The position numbers were made by a program, and so were the translations under genes. From Lepidodermella squamata (taxonomy: Eukaryota; Animalia; Gastrotricha), in contig JBLDXI010000024.1 in assembly GCA_047495785.1 (NCBI GenBank), forward strand, positions 3,348,001-3,412,000: a stretch of 64,000 bases of DNA, written 5' to 3'. The notes under the pieces are model-generated. The model saw nothing but the letters and a program-made list of their open reading frames with translations, made no database searches and was not told the DNA's origin. Every line of letters begins with the position of its first letter. Position 1 is the stretch's first letter. Positions 38,512 to 53,500 of the stretch are shown piece after piece.

Positions 38512-41500
38512 TTACAACTTGATCGAAACGGCTGCGGTTATCGCGGGAAAACTTACAGTCAAGAAAATCACCCGTTAAACTTACAAGTACATTTCGACGG
38601 TAACCATGACTTGGTCGAGCCAGTGTAATTCAGCACTCCCCATGTTTTGTTAGCTTTCGAATTTCAAGCAATATTTAACTGTAGAAAAACAAAGAAAAAC
38701 TTACCAACACATGCAATCACAACCTGGCTGTCCCATGATAACGGGTCCAGAGTGTCGATGTCATAACATTCGTAGGTAAAATTCGTAGCAAACTCATAGA
38801 TCGCATTAGCCGCAGCCGGGACTACCCCAGATATTTTTACATTGGGATAAATCGGCGGGCTGTCACAATTCAAGGGAATGCAAACACCAGGTGTTTTCGG
38901 CTCCCACTGCTGGCTATCACCGCAGTAAATAGTTTTCGATTTAACATAACTATCACCGTCTTTGAAAGTGTAGCCGCGGACACAAGTGTACTCCCAGGTT
39001 GTATGTGCCCTGTTCTGAACATCGTAAGGCAGCGGATCGGGAATGGTAAAGTTATTCCATGAATAATCCACAACAGGAGGCATAGGACATCGCGTGGATT
39101 TGCAGATGATTTCTTCGCCGGTCCAGTTACCGTAAGGCTTAGCGCAGATCCGAACAGGCAAGCCGGTTGAGACCATCATGAAGTCATCGGCGCACTGATA
39201 GAAGAGAGTCATGGTCCCAGCCGAAACTTCGACATTTGGCAGCCGAACAGCGCTGCTGTTTGATAAATCGGGATACATGCCGCATAACGTCCGGCAGTCT
39301 AGCCAATCACCCACCCATCTTTGCGTGCCGCTGTCGCATGTCAGAACAGTTGTATCACCCTGCCACTTCGAGTTAGTGAAACCAGGAAAACATGTGTAAT
39401 TCACTGAGATTTTCGAGCTGAAATCAGAAGTGATTATCTCCTGCGAAGTCCCAGTCATAGTCGGTGGAGGCCCACATTGGCCCGGGAAATATCCGCAGTC
39501 ATCCATCCTGAAGTACGTATCAGTTCCTGTTTCGGGGTCCCCCTCGCCCGGGACGCATGTGTCATTCCGTATCTTGCAGTCCCCTTGTGTAGAGCTTTTC
39601 AGGGTGAAAACTGCAGTTTTACATATCCAGCTACCATACGCCGTGCAATAACTAGTACATTCGGTTGCAGTAACTTGCTTGGTCAGCGAGTAAGAAATGC
39701 CCTCGTCGCAATTGAAATTTGGAATTTTTACGTATCTCCCAGGTTTGGTGGATCGCCGGACTTTCATGGATGTCCATGATAAATTCGGATCATAGCCGTT
39801 TTTGAATGTGTACCAATACATTTGGGCACTCTCAGGGGATTGCTTGCCATAAATAGCGTTAAGATTGGATGTCTCGGCAGTTGAACTAGACGAGACGCAC
39901 GGGGTAGGTTGGTCGAACCACCAGCCGCCACACAGGTCGAAAATGAAGAAATTTCCATTCAGCGCTTTAAGGGAGTCACCGGCGGTGGAACAAGCCTGGT
40001 AGTTCGCTATGTTCAGTGTGTAGGCATCACTCTCGGTGTAGAAAAGCTTATAATAAGCAAATGCGTATTCATTTCCGGATCGCATTTCAACCAGCAGCTC
40101 GAAATTAGCAGCGGCCGTCAGGCCTTTGATAAGTCTGTTGCCCATCCAGTAATTGCTAGAAATCGAACCAATCTGATAATCGTAACCAGCCAAGTCAAGC
40201 ATGAACGTTGTCGTGTCATCAACACGCCGTTGGATTTGGGTCCATCCTCCACCGAAAGTCTCCATATCGCAAAACGCGTTAAAGGTAATCGGCGACCCAG
40301 CTCCATTTTCTGCCACCATGTCGCTGAACGCTTGCGATAGATAGCGGCTAGTTATCGGCAGATTAGCTTGCTTCCAAGTGCAGTCATTTGGCACAGAGTA
40401 AGCTTCAAATTCGAGAATGAATTAACTCAAGTTAATTGATGATTTATAGTTGAAAATCTTACGTTTGCAAACAAGGTCACTTCCGGAATAGACTCCACTG
40501 CGATCGGTCAGCATTAATCTGTTGCGATCCCCGGAAATTTGTCTAAATGCATGATTGCACTTGTGGTTGTAAGTTGCCTTCCTCCAGTGGCAAACTTGAG
40601 ATGTCGAAGCTTTAGGGCGATACAGAGAATCGGCAACTTTCGGTTTTATCGCCATTTGTGTAGCTAAACATGACTTGTCCCAGCCCGTTAATGGCGACCA
40701 GTTAAGACCATAACCCCAATTCGTACTGCCCCAATTTGCTGAATTGAGGTTAGCCCACATCTGGCAACCAGGGTTGTTATCAGGCCACGCCCAGCTACCA
40801 TCAATTGGAGGGTACCACCAAGCACCAAAATATTTAGTGTCATGCCAGTTCATGCAAGCCTTCATGGACCCTCTATCAGGTGTTTGGAAAGGTTGGTCGT
40901 TGTGATGCCACACATCGAATGCATCGCCTGCATATAGGTTACTCGGCGTTGATGAGTCATAATTCTTCAGCTTGATTCGATAATCTTGCTTTTCGGAGTA
41001 TATTTTAACGTCATCATAATAGGCGTATTTCCATTGTGAGTCGATGGGACTTTTGCAACCCACAAGGAGGGCGTACGGCGCTGACATTGTCAAACGGCTG
41101 ACTACGTCAAGCCCAAGCCAATAATCTCCATTCAACCCCTTTGTTGGGCTCGAGAAACCTCTTTTATAGTCGTCCCAGCCTCGCCAGAAGTCTGTCTCGC
41201 CATCAGTTCGTCTCTGAATGACGGTCCAACCTGTGCCTCGATTGGGATAATCTGTCGAATTATAGTTGGTTGAGTAATCGCAGTACGCTTGGAATTCAGT
41301 GCCGTCAGATAGCGTCAAAGTACTGACACCAGAGTTGCTGGCAGCCGTAAGGCAGTCTCTATTCCTCATTCGACGCTTGATAGCGATTTGGGTTGCTGCC
41401 ATGGAGACTTTATCCTTTCCTAGAGTATACCAGTTTACTCCAACGTAACTACGAGGATCGCCGAAAAAGCCGTTCAAGTCAGCTCTCGTCTGGGAGCAAT

Positions 41501-44500
41501 CTGTTGGCAGCCACCAAGGACCTTGGTTATTCGTAATGATACAACTTTGACTTTGACCCTTGTCAAAAGTGGAAAATGGTTGATAATTCGACGTCCCCAT
41601 AGATTCTCCGGCCGCTTGCTTCAGATCTGTTTGCCAGTCAAACCCTTCAACTGCGATTGCGTAACCATCTTGCTCACTCAACAGGTAAAACTCGCTGTAG
41701 TAGGCATAGTATGTCTGATTATCAACAGGATTCTGTAGTGATATCAGAGCTGAGTAAGCTTGAGACTTGGTCAACTGGTAGACAGTTTCCAGACCCAGCC
41801 AAAAGTCGCCATTCAATCCATCTGGGCCCGAAAAGCCGTTTCTATATTCGCCGTAGCTTCTGTTGAAAAGTACATCGAAATTCGTTCGCCTCTGGATGAC
41901 GATCCAACCCAAGCCTGCCGATTTACTTTTCGAAGTGTAGTAAGTCGTCATATCGCAGTAGACTTGAGTTGGCTTCATCCCGTAGGGATAGATGTAGTAA
42001 ATTCCATCGTCTGCCATGCCCTGTCCCAGCATATCGACGCAATCGATTGGTTTGGGCCCACGTCTTCTGACCATCATTGTTGCGGACTTCAGGCTTTCAT
42101 ATCGACCTTTCCAAGGGGCCCAGTATAAGCCACCTTCCCAAGTGTTGACGTCATAGAGGCCGTTCAGATTGCTCTCGCAACATTTCCCATTATCCCAATA
42201 GCCGCCATGCCACCACCATCCTGTACTCTTGGAGGCTGAACAGCTGGAAGCAGCTACGTCTTTCGTTCTGAATGGCTGCCAGTTGTGCACACTCAGCCCG
42301 TCACCAGCCACTTCCATCGCATCGTTCTCTGAATTGTAGCCATAGACAAGAAGTTCGTAACTCGTGTTGCTATGCAGCCAAAACGCGTCATATCTCGCAG
42401 TTCGCTTCTCGCCGTTGTAGTCCTCGAGAACAACAGCCAGTTCGTAAGGAATCCGAGTGTACTCAATGTTGGTCATGGCCCAGATCCATTTGTTTCCCAA
42501 GTAGTAGGCGCCGTTGGGTGAGCCGAAACCTCGAATGTAAGTGGTGAAGTTCTGTTCGAAGCTCACGCTTGGGTCGTTGTATCGACGTTGGATAACTGTC
42601 CATCCACCCTCGAGGGCATTCATCTCACAATATGCTGTGAAACTATCCCCGGTAACAGTATACAGCGTATAAGCTGAGCTCGCAGCACTGGGGTTGGCTT
42701 CTCTGATGTCCAAACAGTCACTTGGATAAGGAAACTGGGGTCGCAATTCTAAAAAGTAAACCATGACATAGCTGATACTTCTATGGCAAGGATCTTACGC
42801 TGCATCAAGAATGGCAAGGGAGATCGTCTAATCATCATCTTTGTTGACTTCATGCTTTCCCAGAAGCCCCGCCAAGTTGCCCACGTGATCATCGATCCCT
42901 CAGTTTTGGCAGAAGCCATTCCGTTTAGGTTGGCCGAAGTGCAGTCTTTCACTTCACTAGCTGGCTTGTACCACCAACCTCCAAATCCACCTTTCGCACA
43001 GCCGAATGAGGTCGCGCTTCCTGTATCGTTGTCGTAAGTATAGAATCGCTGGTTGTTCGCCTTGGGTAGGAACGAGTCATAAGCAGAGCAGTCGTAACCA
43101 GCCACGTGCAGGGTAAAGCCGCCTGATTCAGGATCGATGTAAAAATCTCTGTAATAAGCCATTTGCTCCACATCATCGATCGAGGTTAGCACGATGATCA
43201 TGTCATAACGGTTCATTGAGGTCGTGATAGTGTTGATGTAGTTATTACCCAGCCAATAGTTGCTCCCCAGCTCACCAAACCCGGAGCGATAATCATCCCA
43301 TTTTTGATAGAAACTTCTTTGTGCGTCTAATCGCTGCTGAAAAACTGTCCAGCCTCCGCCGTAGCTGTTCATATCGCAGAACACTGAAATCGGAGCTTTC
43401 GAGCCTGGAGGGTAAATGTTGTAGATTCCATCGGTGAGAGCGGGCTGGCGTAATGCATGGTCTTCGCAATCTACCTGTAGCATTGACCATTGATCTGAGC
43501 AAGAGCTAAGGTAATACCGAGATTCATAGAGTTACTTATCATACCGCAATGAGGCCAAGGGTTTTCTTGATAACCAACTCCAAATGAAGTGGAATAGCCA
43601 ATAGGGCACAAGCATTGGCACCCTTTCTCGTACGTACAGCAAGTAGAGCAAGGAGCATGAGGTGGACAACCGTAGACTTTGAAAAAGGATTCGGCCTGAG
43701 GTCCTATGAACGTAACCGGCACAATTCTCAAAGTCTTCGTCCTTATGTTTGGGCAGAAATTCGTTGTAGCATAAAAGGACAAGCTGCGAGCTCCAGGGAA
43801 AACCTTGACACCTGATACAGGATTGGCTTGTTGATTGAGTATCGGGTAAAATAATCTGTCATTTGTCTTTTCAACCAAGAACCACAGCGAGTAAGACGTG
43901 ACAAGTCGATCTACGCTCGATCTACTTCTTCCCTTGACTGCTAGAGAGGAAATCGACGTAGATTTTCCAAAATTTATCTGAAAAAATTGACGGCCATCGT
44001 TTAGTGGTGCCGGGGTATAGAAGATGGCGGCATTTTCGACGCTATCGAAGCTGACCGAATCGGTTGGACCATTTGAAACGCTCAATGATCCGCCCCATTT
44101 CGTCAAGGCCTCGACAAGCAGCTCGTTGTTACAGACTAAGTTTAGCATAGAATATTTTTATATCATGCATGAGTCGTGAATATACCTGGCGGTTGAGCAT
44201 CGATGTAGTAGTTTTTTCCGGTAGCTATTGTGGAGCAAGATGTACCTGTCCAGCTATGGACAGTAAGGAATATTAGTGTTGCCGAAGTAATCTTCTGACT
44301 TCTGACTTACCCCACTGGGCAATTGCAAGAGCAAATGCCTATTGAGTCACAGCAATCGAAACCTTTACAAAAGGACTTGCTACATTTGTCATCAACTCAA
44401 TTATAATTTACATCTTTTCCCCTTCGCTGAGCAACCGAATATGTCAATAACCATCGTTGGCTTAGTATTGTAGTCGACAGGTATGATTTTCAATGCCTTC

Positions 44501-47500
44501 AGCTTCATTGGTGGGCAGAATGTCTGGATTGTGGGAGCAGTTGCATTCATCGGACCAATGAAAAGCCTCGGAGACTGGTCGATTCCTGTATAGTAGTTGA
44601 AAGTATACTCGTAGCCTGTATGCGACCATTGAACATAATAGGTTTTGATCCACTCGTCCTTCTTTGCAGGATCATTACTGCCAGCCATAACGAGGCCTGT
44701 GACAACTTTCAAGATTGCGAATTCGATTTTCCAGAAGGATCGACCATCATCATAGGTTCGCGGTGACCAGCCAATAGTTTTGGAGTATCTATCTGACTGA
44801 GTTAACCCATTAGCGTCATTCGGTGAACCACTGTCAGCGGAAATTTCATGAGCGATATAAGGAAAATAGCTAGCTCCATCGAACAACTCGTGCCAACAGT
44901 CGCACAAGGTAGTAACTGGGAATTCAATGTTAAAATAGAGAAAGCATGAAATCAAGAAGTTTCCAGTTACATTTGGCGGTGCTAGCGCAACCTTTGATAT
45001 CCGCACGAAGGAAAGGCTTCACAGCATAGGACAGGATCCACAATGTTAATTCAGCAGCTTGAAGCCTAGGGCAAATTTCTTGCGAGTTCCGAGTTGATTC
45101 AGCGCCATTCCCTGCAAAAATTATTGGTGCTAGTTTTGTCCAAAACGCTGTTGACTTGTGAACGTGAACATGCAGTTCTTTAGATCCAGGCAAGGCGCGA
45201 TAGCTGACGATGTAGTTCAATATGCGCCCTGAACCGCCGGAAAGTCCCTCAGTTCCGATAGATCGAACGAAGATTGGGCCGTTTGAAAACTTGAACCTAA
45301 CCCAAGCAGGATCACCAGGGGTATTTGCGACCGATGGGTCCGGACACCATGCCAAATTACTCTGTGCCAGGTTAGACGGAGGATATGACACACTGCCATC
45401 CGAGTAAACTGAACTAGCTTCGTAACCACTCACTCCGACATAAGAGCTTGAAATCACGCTGTCGGCACACGCTGATGAATAGGTACCACCTGTAAAAAGT
45501 ACAATTTTAAAGCATGTTTATTGCAAAAAACAACACTATTAGACCAACTCTTGGTGCACTTAATAGTGGGCGGCAATGCTGCTTTCTCGCAAAAAGCTAT
45601 GTCACTGTACTGCATATCGATATCATTCAAACCAATGCCGCTATCACGCCAAAAATTGCCAATGATTTCATTATTTCCGGAATAATCGGGCTGCCCTTGC
45701 AACCAATTCATGTAAACACTATCATTCAGCCGGGTGCCGTCGTCCATTTCCCAGTACTCTGATTTCTGCGGAAAATTGTAGAGCATCAAATTGGACATTC
45801 CAATGTAGACTGGATCCCGCCAGTGCGTAATCTGTCTCCCAAATTTCGCCTCCATGGGGTAGTTTGGCGACGCAAGGTACGAGTTCATGAATTCACACTG
45901 TTGTCGAGCGCTGCGAAACTTATTGTTGTTAACAGTCCCAATTTTCTTGTAGCACTTCCCGTTGAAAAAGTTCTGAAAATCAAGCGGGAATGCGGTAATG
46001 CTGCAATTGCAAGAAAGTATATACCCAGCCAATTTCACATTCCAAGCAAGGCAATGGCCGCTCGCAGATGAAAAACCCATTGATAGTGTTGGTGTCGACA
46101 GTAGTCCTGACCCTAACAGAAGTACTGTTCCACAAGAGATAGGCCCACTTATGGGTATTTTGAGGGAAGCCGTCTGCCCAAAACGTTGAATCATTCACTA
46201 AACCAAAAACTCCATTTGGGAATGGAGCGTTGTTATCAAGATCCCAATCTACTCCAAAATTCATGTATTTCTTCGTAAAAAAGGTGATAATTTCTTACTG
46301 TCATCTGGATCGCCGATCTGAGTTATATCAGCTTTTCCATCAGCTGAACGCCCAATTCGGAGACTGTTGTCCAAGCCGATCCAAATAGCCGAACCAGTCA
46401 TCATACTGCTACTCGAGTTGATAAAAGCAACGAGCTGAGCGAACGCTTTGGCATCAGTTATCGATACGAGATTGAAAGTGTTGAAAGAGTCGTAACAATA
46501 ACCACGAGCGTCGAAAGGGCTTGTTTTCGTTACGGAACTGATTACAGCAGTAGATTTAGGATGCGCACATATCAAAAAGAAGGATAGCTCACGTGACAAG
46601 CTTGTAGCAGGTCGATCCGACTGATGTGAAGCCTTCAGGGCAAAGATCTGAGCAAGTGGCAGCCGAAGGCACCGTGCAAACAGGGATTGACAGGTCTTGG
46701 CAATTACGGGTGTAGATGTACTGATTGTTGTTAATCCGAGTGCATGGTTGGTACCAATTGTTACTCCACGGCAGAGATGCTAGCCTGTTGTTAGGATAAG
46801 TTTCCCATGTCGATGGCTCACCCTCCCATTTGTAAGCCGCTGCAAGAAGAAAATCAGTGATTAAAACATATTGAGGTGGCCTTCTCACTCTTGTTTCTGA
46901 GGACCAAATCAAGCCAGAACCCCTCCTTTTGCATTTCGTTCATGGCTCGAGTCATCACTTGGGTCTCGTAGCGCTGCAACAGCGTCAGTGGCCGCAGCCC
47001 AGCGGCCTGGCATTTGCTTACCATTTTAGGCCTATCAGCCGTATCACTGAATAGCCAAACGCATTTATCAGCAGCGATTCGATAGCCAGCGTTGAGTTTG
47101 GTGAGACCGGAATCATCACTAGGCGCTTGACATTCTGAAAATTTCGCATTTGGTATAACCTCATATACTTTTAACTATATGTAACTTCAATGAAGAGTGA
47201 AAAAACGGATTAGAATAAAATGGATAGGACGAGACAGTTTTAGAGTTTAGAGCCTGTAATAGTCTGAGGGTCTAACTTGAGTGAAGTGGGAATTCTAATA
47301 AGCTATAGTAATCGTCGAATTTTCAAAAAATTGATGCCCAACTTGTGAGACAACTTGTCAATCTAACTTCTCACCTAAGCAAGTAGTCGGTGTATTTGCA
47401 TACTCGCAAATGAAGCGAAATTTCGTAGACGTGTCGAATGATGTTATGTTACCGGCAGGTCCAGTTGTAACAGTCCTTGAATTATTGCAGAACGGGATGA

Positions 47501-50500
47501 GTAAGTTGTCAGCTTTTGACAGAAGCGCAGCATAGCAATCTGGCGTTGTTGGCCAAGATGAGTCTCCGATTATTGATTCTGCGAAAGACGTGATTTTCGT
47601 TTAATTACGCTACAGCCAATAACTTACTGCTCAAAGCTTGAGTAGCATTGCCGGCCGAGTTTGGCCATGTCCATATACCATAAGAATCTGCAAGAGTCGT
47701 CACAGCGGCTATAATTTCTCGCTTAAAGTCTTACTGAGAGATAGAGAGGTCCAGTAGTAAGGATCGACGGCTTTAGCGTGGTTTACCAAGGTTTGTACTT
47801 TATTCGCAGTGTCTGGGGCGACAAGATAGGCTCCCATTTTAGAGCATGTCCAACTTGCATCATCCCAGGTAGCACTTATAAACAGACTATTATATGCATT
47901 TTCGGGAGTGAGAGGGTAATATTACGTTTCATTGGAGAAAAAGACGCAGGTATCAGATTTTGTCGAAGGATCCGAGTATCTTACAAAGGGGCATTTGCAA
48001 CATCCATCCTATAGAAAATTATAAATAGATTATATGTTTGTTACCCGGCTTCGAAAATAAACAAATCAGGAAAATGGATTATAATCAGGAAAATAGCACT
48101 CGAAGTTTATTCATATCTCGATACACAACCCGCACTCCATTTCACGAGTTTAATTTGGGAGAGTAAACTTACATTGACACAGTCGGGGGGTGCTTGAGTT
48201 GTTACTGTTAAGGTAGCGCCATTGCCGTACAAACCAGCCTTTTGGCACAGCACTCTAGCAGTGTGGTAAATATCGTCGGTCCACCACATGTCGTCTATGT
48301 GATCCAATGCCCCTGCGTATAAGGCATCGACCGCCGGCCAAAACATGAATGCATACATATTCGTATACAAATTGTCCCAAGGATGAACATCTAGGGCATC
48401 ACTGGCTACCAGGTAGTTACCGCCCAGCCACATCCAAGTCGACGAGTCCACGGCCAACCCAGTGAAATACGCGTTACCAGTCGACAACATGTTGTTGTGA
48501 TTTGCAGCAACGCGCAGCCACATTATAGCACTCTCGGTGTTGGCAAGAAACAGATCGGTTGACCCACCCTTGCACCAATTACGGCCATTAAGTACACTTG
48601 TCGGATCCCATCCAGGATTCTGGTAACACATCTTACCCCACTTATACCAGCCGGCACCAGTTGGGCAGAACCAACACGCCGAATTCACTTCGCAGATGTA
48701 CCGAGCTGAACTGTTGAACATGTTGCTACCGACAGGCAAGTACCACTGAGAGCGAGACTTGCTGTATGCCAAGTATGCAACAAAGTTGTTGGACCCGTCG
48801 CTATACGCAGTAGGGCGCGTTTGCCAGATGAGGTAACTCCACGGTGACGGAGAAGGCGTAAATTGATTTGTGGAGATGTCGGTATTCCTTATGGGCCCAG
48901 TGCCATCGGACCAGTACCATATGCCATCTGGATCTCCGGTATAGCTAGTGTAAGTATAGTAATTGGCACCAGGCATCTTGCGAGCTCGGCGAACCCAGTC
49001 TTGCAAGCCAATAAAGTAGAACCTGTCAATATTCAAATTCTCCACACCACCATTCATGATGAACTTGTATTCATCCAATGAGTTGAAATTCACAAAGGAA
49101 GCTCCGTTGGCAAGCTTGAATACCAACAGACTTGAACAAAATTGACGTAAAATTAGCTTGTAACTTACGCAAGTTTTCAGGGCATTCATATAGGTTGTTG
49201 AGTGGCTGTATCAGACATGTTTTCTTACTTTAAATTTTATCATTAAGAGGAGTCTTACGGAGCCACGAAGTAACAAGCATCATAGCACTCAGAATAGACA
49301 TAGCCAGACGGACAAGTAGCTAAAAATGGCAATCACAGCGTGGGATCACACAGTTAAACGAGCTTACGTTTAGTTGGGCACTTTGAGAATGAGCAGGTCT
49401 GTTGGTAACCATAAGTTCCTGACATTTGGCAAACCACTTTGGCCGTGTCTGTGCTTGAAGCTGCTGTCCACTGAGAAGCTGACTGATCGCTGATTCCTGT
49501 AAAGCTATTCGACTTGCTGATGGAGGTGACCATATAGGCATATGGCGCTGATCCTGATGATGAGGCCAAGTCGAAGGAATCAGAACTTGACACGCCGGAT
49601 CCATCAGACCATTCGTAGCCTCCTCCGCTTGCTGTTCCAAGCCCTATCCAAATCTTAGTTCCGCTGGACAACATGCCAACTTGAGCGGTTATCATTCTGA
49701 CATACATGGTTGTCATTTCAGTTTTGGGATACCACAAGTCAGCGTTGGCGTCAAGGTTTGCACAGACAGTTTTTTTAGCATCATAAGTGCCTTCATCGTC
49801 ATCCGTAAGCCCTCTGAAGCAATAAGTGCCGAACTTGAACCACCCAATCGGACAGATGGTGCATGCCGAGTTATACTCACAAACGTACGGAGCTTGATAG
49901 TTGAAGTTGTTATCACTTCCAACAGGCAAGTACCACACAGAGTTTCTTGTATCCCATCGCAAGAATGTGATGTAAGGGGCACTGTTCTTGTCACCGGAGA
50001 TTGTTGGCTGCTTTTCCCATATCAGAAAGTCGTATGGATCGGCGCCAGAAACGAAAGTTCCAGCGATTGAATCGTATGAAATTGGTTTTTCTGGAATAGT
50101 ATCATCCTGCCAGGTCCAAATTCCATCGGCATCGCCCGTGTAGCCATTGATCCCGATGGCTAGATTGCCACTAGACCGGCGAACCCAGTCACCCAGACCG
50201 ATGAACCAATCCTTCTTCTTGTCCAAAAATGTCGTTACGTATTTGAACTCGCTACTTGTATTTAGGTTCACTAGTGTGGAGCTTGCTTTTACCTTATTTC
50301 AAAGAGCTGAACGTGAGAACGAATTCTAGCAACGATATGCTTCAACTCACGCAATCAGCAAGTGCGTCCATGTAGCTCGCCGCAGTACTGTAAATGGAAC
50401 AGATAGATAGTCCGAATTCCTGGACAAAAGGGACAGCTTGACCTTACCTAACAACTTTGTAACATGAGTCAAAACATGCCGAGTAAGTGAAACCATCCGG

Positions 50501-53500
50501 GCAAGTAGCTGCCATGAAAGTACTTAGTACTTACCAACTTTAGGAGAAAACAAAGCGGGAGAACTTACGAGTAATTGGACACTTTTTGTAACAGGCGTAC
50601 TGCGTAGCAGCCGCTGATGGGATAACATCGCCCTCGCATGCGATTTTCTGCGATGTTTATTTTTATAGATATCCCGCTGATTTACAAAGTCATACATTTC
50701 CGCTATTCGAACACGGAGAATCATGCCAGCCGTCGAACATCATAGCAGCACATTGGCTACCGGACTGATCATTAGGCTCTAGCCCACCAGCAAGTCTCCA
50801 GTTCGCATGGTAAGGGCTCGCCATGACCTTACCAGCCGTGTCCCAATAGTAATCAGCTAGGAATTGTTGACATGAATTATTGATTGAACACGCAGAAATG
50901 AGCTTACAATCGAGGTGGTTATATCCGATCCAAGCTTGGTAATTCCAAATTCGCCACAAATTGTCGAAACCTCCATTTCCAGTGTTATAGTTAACATCAA
51001 GCCCCCAAGCCCAGTAGAAAGGCTCGAACTGTTGCCTGATAGTAGCTAGGAAACCATTCTTTGCCTGGCAAATCTGTTCAGCTTTCAGCCGGTTCACATA
51101 ATCATTCCCCCAGTTTCCGCCTGTTGAAACACCCGTCGAGTAGCATCTGTCGAAAATTCTCATGTTTTCGATCTTATTCCGGCTTGTGCCAGGTTTGCAA
51201 ACGGGCATTGTCGAACACGGATTCCGAATCATGCAAACCATCGGCTGGTAACTCCACCAGTAGTCGTATGTCCGCAACATAGGCCGCTTTTTGTGCTGAG
51301 GAAGTAATATTAGATTTACTATGCTCATCAATCTGGTATCTTACCGGAATCATGCAGATGAACTCAACGTCATAACGAGGCTCACCGCTGTACCACAAGG
51401 TGCTATCGACTTCCACAGGTGGATAGGTGTGCCAGTACCATTTATTTTGCGAATGGTCCCGATATCCACCAATCAATAGGCAAAGGTCATTCCATACGTC
51501 TACGCTCATGTCCACAGGCTTCTTGTCCAACTGAATATTCAGCTCCGTCGCTAGCCATTTCACGAAGTTGCCCATTTTAGCCTGAGGGTCGCCTGACTCG
51601 AACGTGGCCAGCGTAGCGCCGGCATGAGTACAGGAAGCATAAGCGTACATTGGCCGAGTTGTGTAGTCATTAAAATTCCACGATGAAGGCGTGTTCACAA
51701 CAAAGTAGCAGTTGTTATCCTGCAGAAAAGTTCCACAAGGGCAGCAGTTGTCGACAGTTTGTGCTGGAAGATTACAAAATTATCAAATAATCCTAGTTCC
51801 AGCTAAAATGTCAAAATACGGGCTGATGTGAATCCGGACGGATAGGCACTAGGGTCAAGGCTGAATTTTTTATAAACACTGTCGGCCGTCCAGGTTTTCG
51901 CGTTCTGACTTGTGAACGTTTGATGACCAGCGTAGGAGTTTGTATCAGCTAGAAAATTGAATGGCATTATCACATTTTTGAACCTTGAAAGAAGTTGATA
52001 CTAACGAATAGTGCAGTCGTTTCCCGTCCAGCCATTAGGGCAGTGGCATCTTTGGGTTATGATGAATAATCACGAGCTTTAAGTTAAAATCAAGCTTACT
52101 GATTTCCTCCGGCGACTAAGCACCAGCCACCTGGAATATTATTGCCGTAAACAACCGATGAATATTTATATATGATCAATGATCAAATACCGTTAGAACA
52201 GGCCGGGTGGCAGACAGCTGGTATAAAAAATAAGTCACGCTATTTCTATTGATTTTTCTGTCTACTTACCTGTCTCGCAACGTGTCCCTCGCCAGAAGTA
52301 CGGATTGCAAGTACATTGGCTGAAAAGTTGGATTCTAGCTAAACTAGTCAAAACTACACATGGGACCTACTTTGGACCTGAACAGTTGCCTCCGTTATAG
52401 CACCAATCATCTTGGCAGTACCCTTAGACGCGAAAATGTTATTTTTCCGTGCTATCTGTTAAACTTAGGTTTACTGACATTGATCACATGCGTCGCCTTT
52501 CCACAGAAAGTCGCAAGTACAGTTGTTGAGAGCTATGCAAGTGCCATGGCTGTTGCATTCGTTCGAAGACGGACAGGCGGCCAATTTGCAGCTGGGGCCT
52601 TTCCACCCAAATGAACACTGGCAAACCTCAGGATTAACACAAGTTCCCCCATTAGCGCAACCAGTCGAGCAAACAGCTGTAATACTCAAATATATTCGTG
52701 TGAGACATTGCAAAACTAGGCTAAGTACGTGTTTGGCATTGTGCGCCAGACCATCCAGTCGGGCATTTGCATTTGTTCGGCGCGGTACAGTTGCCTCCAT
52801 TTTGGCACGATGGATTGCAAACAGCTGTCGAATGTTCGAGATTATGCTATCAATAGGGCAAAGATCAAACTAACGTGTAGTGCATAGTGTGCCGTTCCAC
52901 TTTGACGTATCACAAGTGCATACGTTTGGTGAACTACATGTGCCACTATTCTGGCAGCTTGGATTGCAAACAGCTATAATTCAGGCGATTATAGCTTGAT
53001 TTTTAAACGTATATACCTACCGATATCACACACAGTGCCGTTGTAGCCTGATTGGCAGGTGCACTTATTAGGGGCGGTACAATTTCCATTTACGCACGCA
53101 GGGCTACAGATCGCTATGAATGGAACCTATCCTAGAACAATACTTCGAATTTTACTGAAATATTACGTGTGTTACAGGTCGGCCCGGTATAATTGCCTGT
53201 ACACTGGCATGTATTTAGCGCAATGCATGTCCCGCCATTGTTGCATGTCGATACGCACGTGGCTGTCGAAACGGAGAAATGTTTGCAATTGTTTAAAAAA
53301 TTCACTTTTTAAAACACACGAGCTGGCGTTGTAGGTATAGCTGTGGTAAATCAAAGCATTAGGAATAAGTTACAAGAACAGATGGTATTCCTCACGTGTC
53401 TCACAGTAGCGGCCAGTATAACCAGAGGCACATGCGCATACCTTGTTAGGGCCGGTCCCGCCGCAAGTCCCACCATTTACACACGGGGGTAACCCATCGT

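Noticed and set aside
51174-51331. Apparent conserved frameshift between overlapping CTLD ORFs (also 6303-6400 and 26667-26860)
   Set aside because: Explained by a ~50-nt GTAAG...AG intron after ICM(I/L)P that restores the frame to HKKRPMLRT. No recoding is needed.
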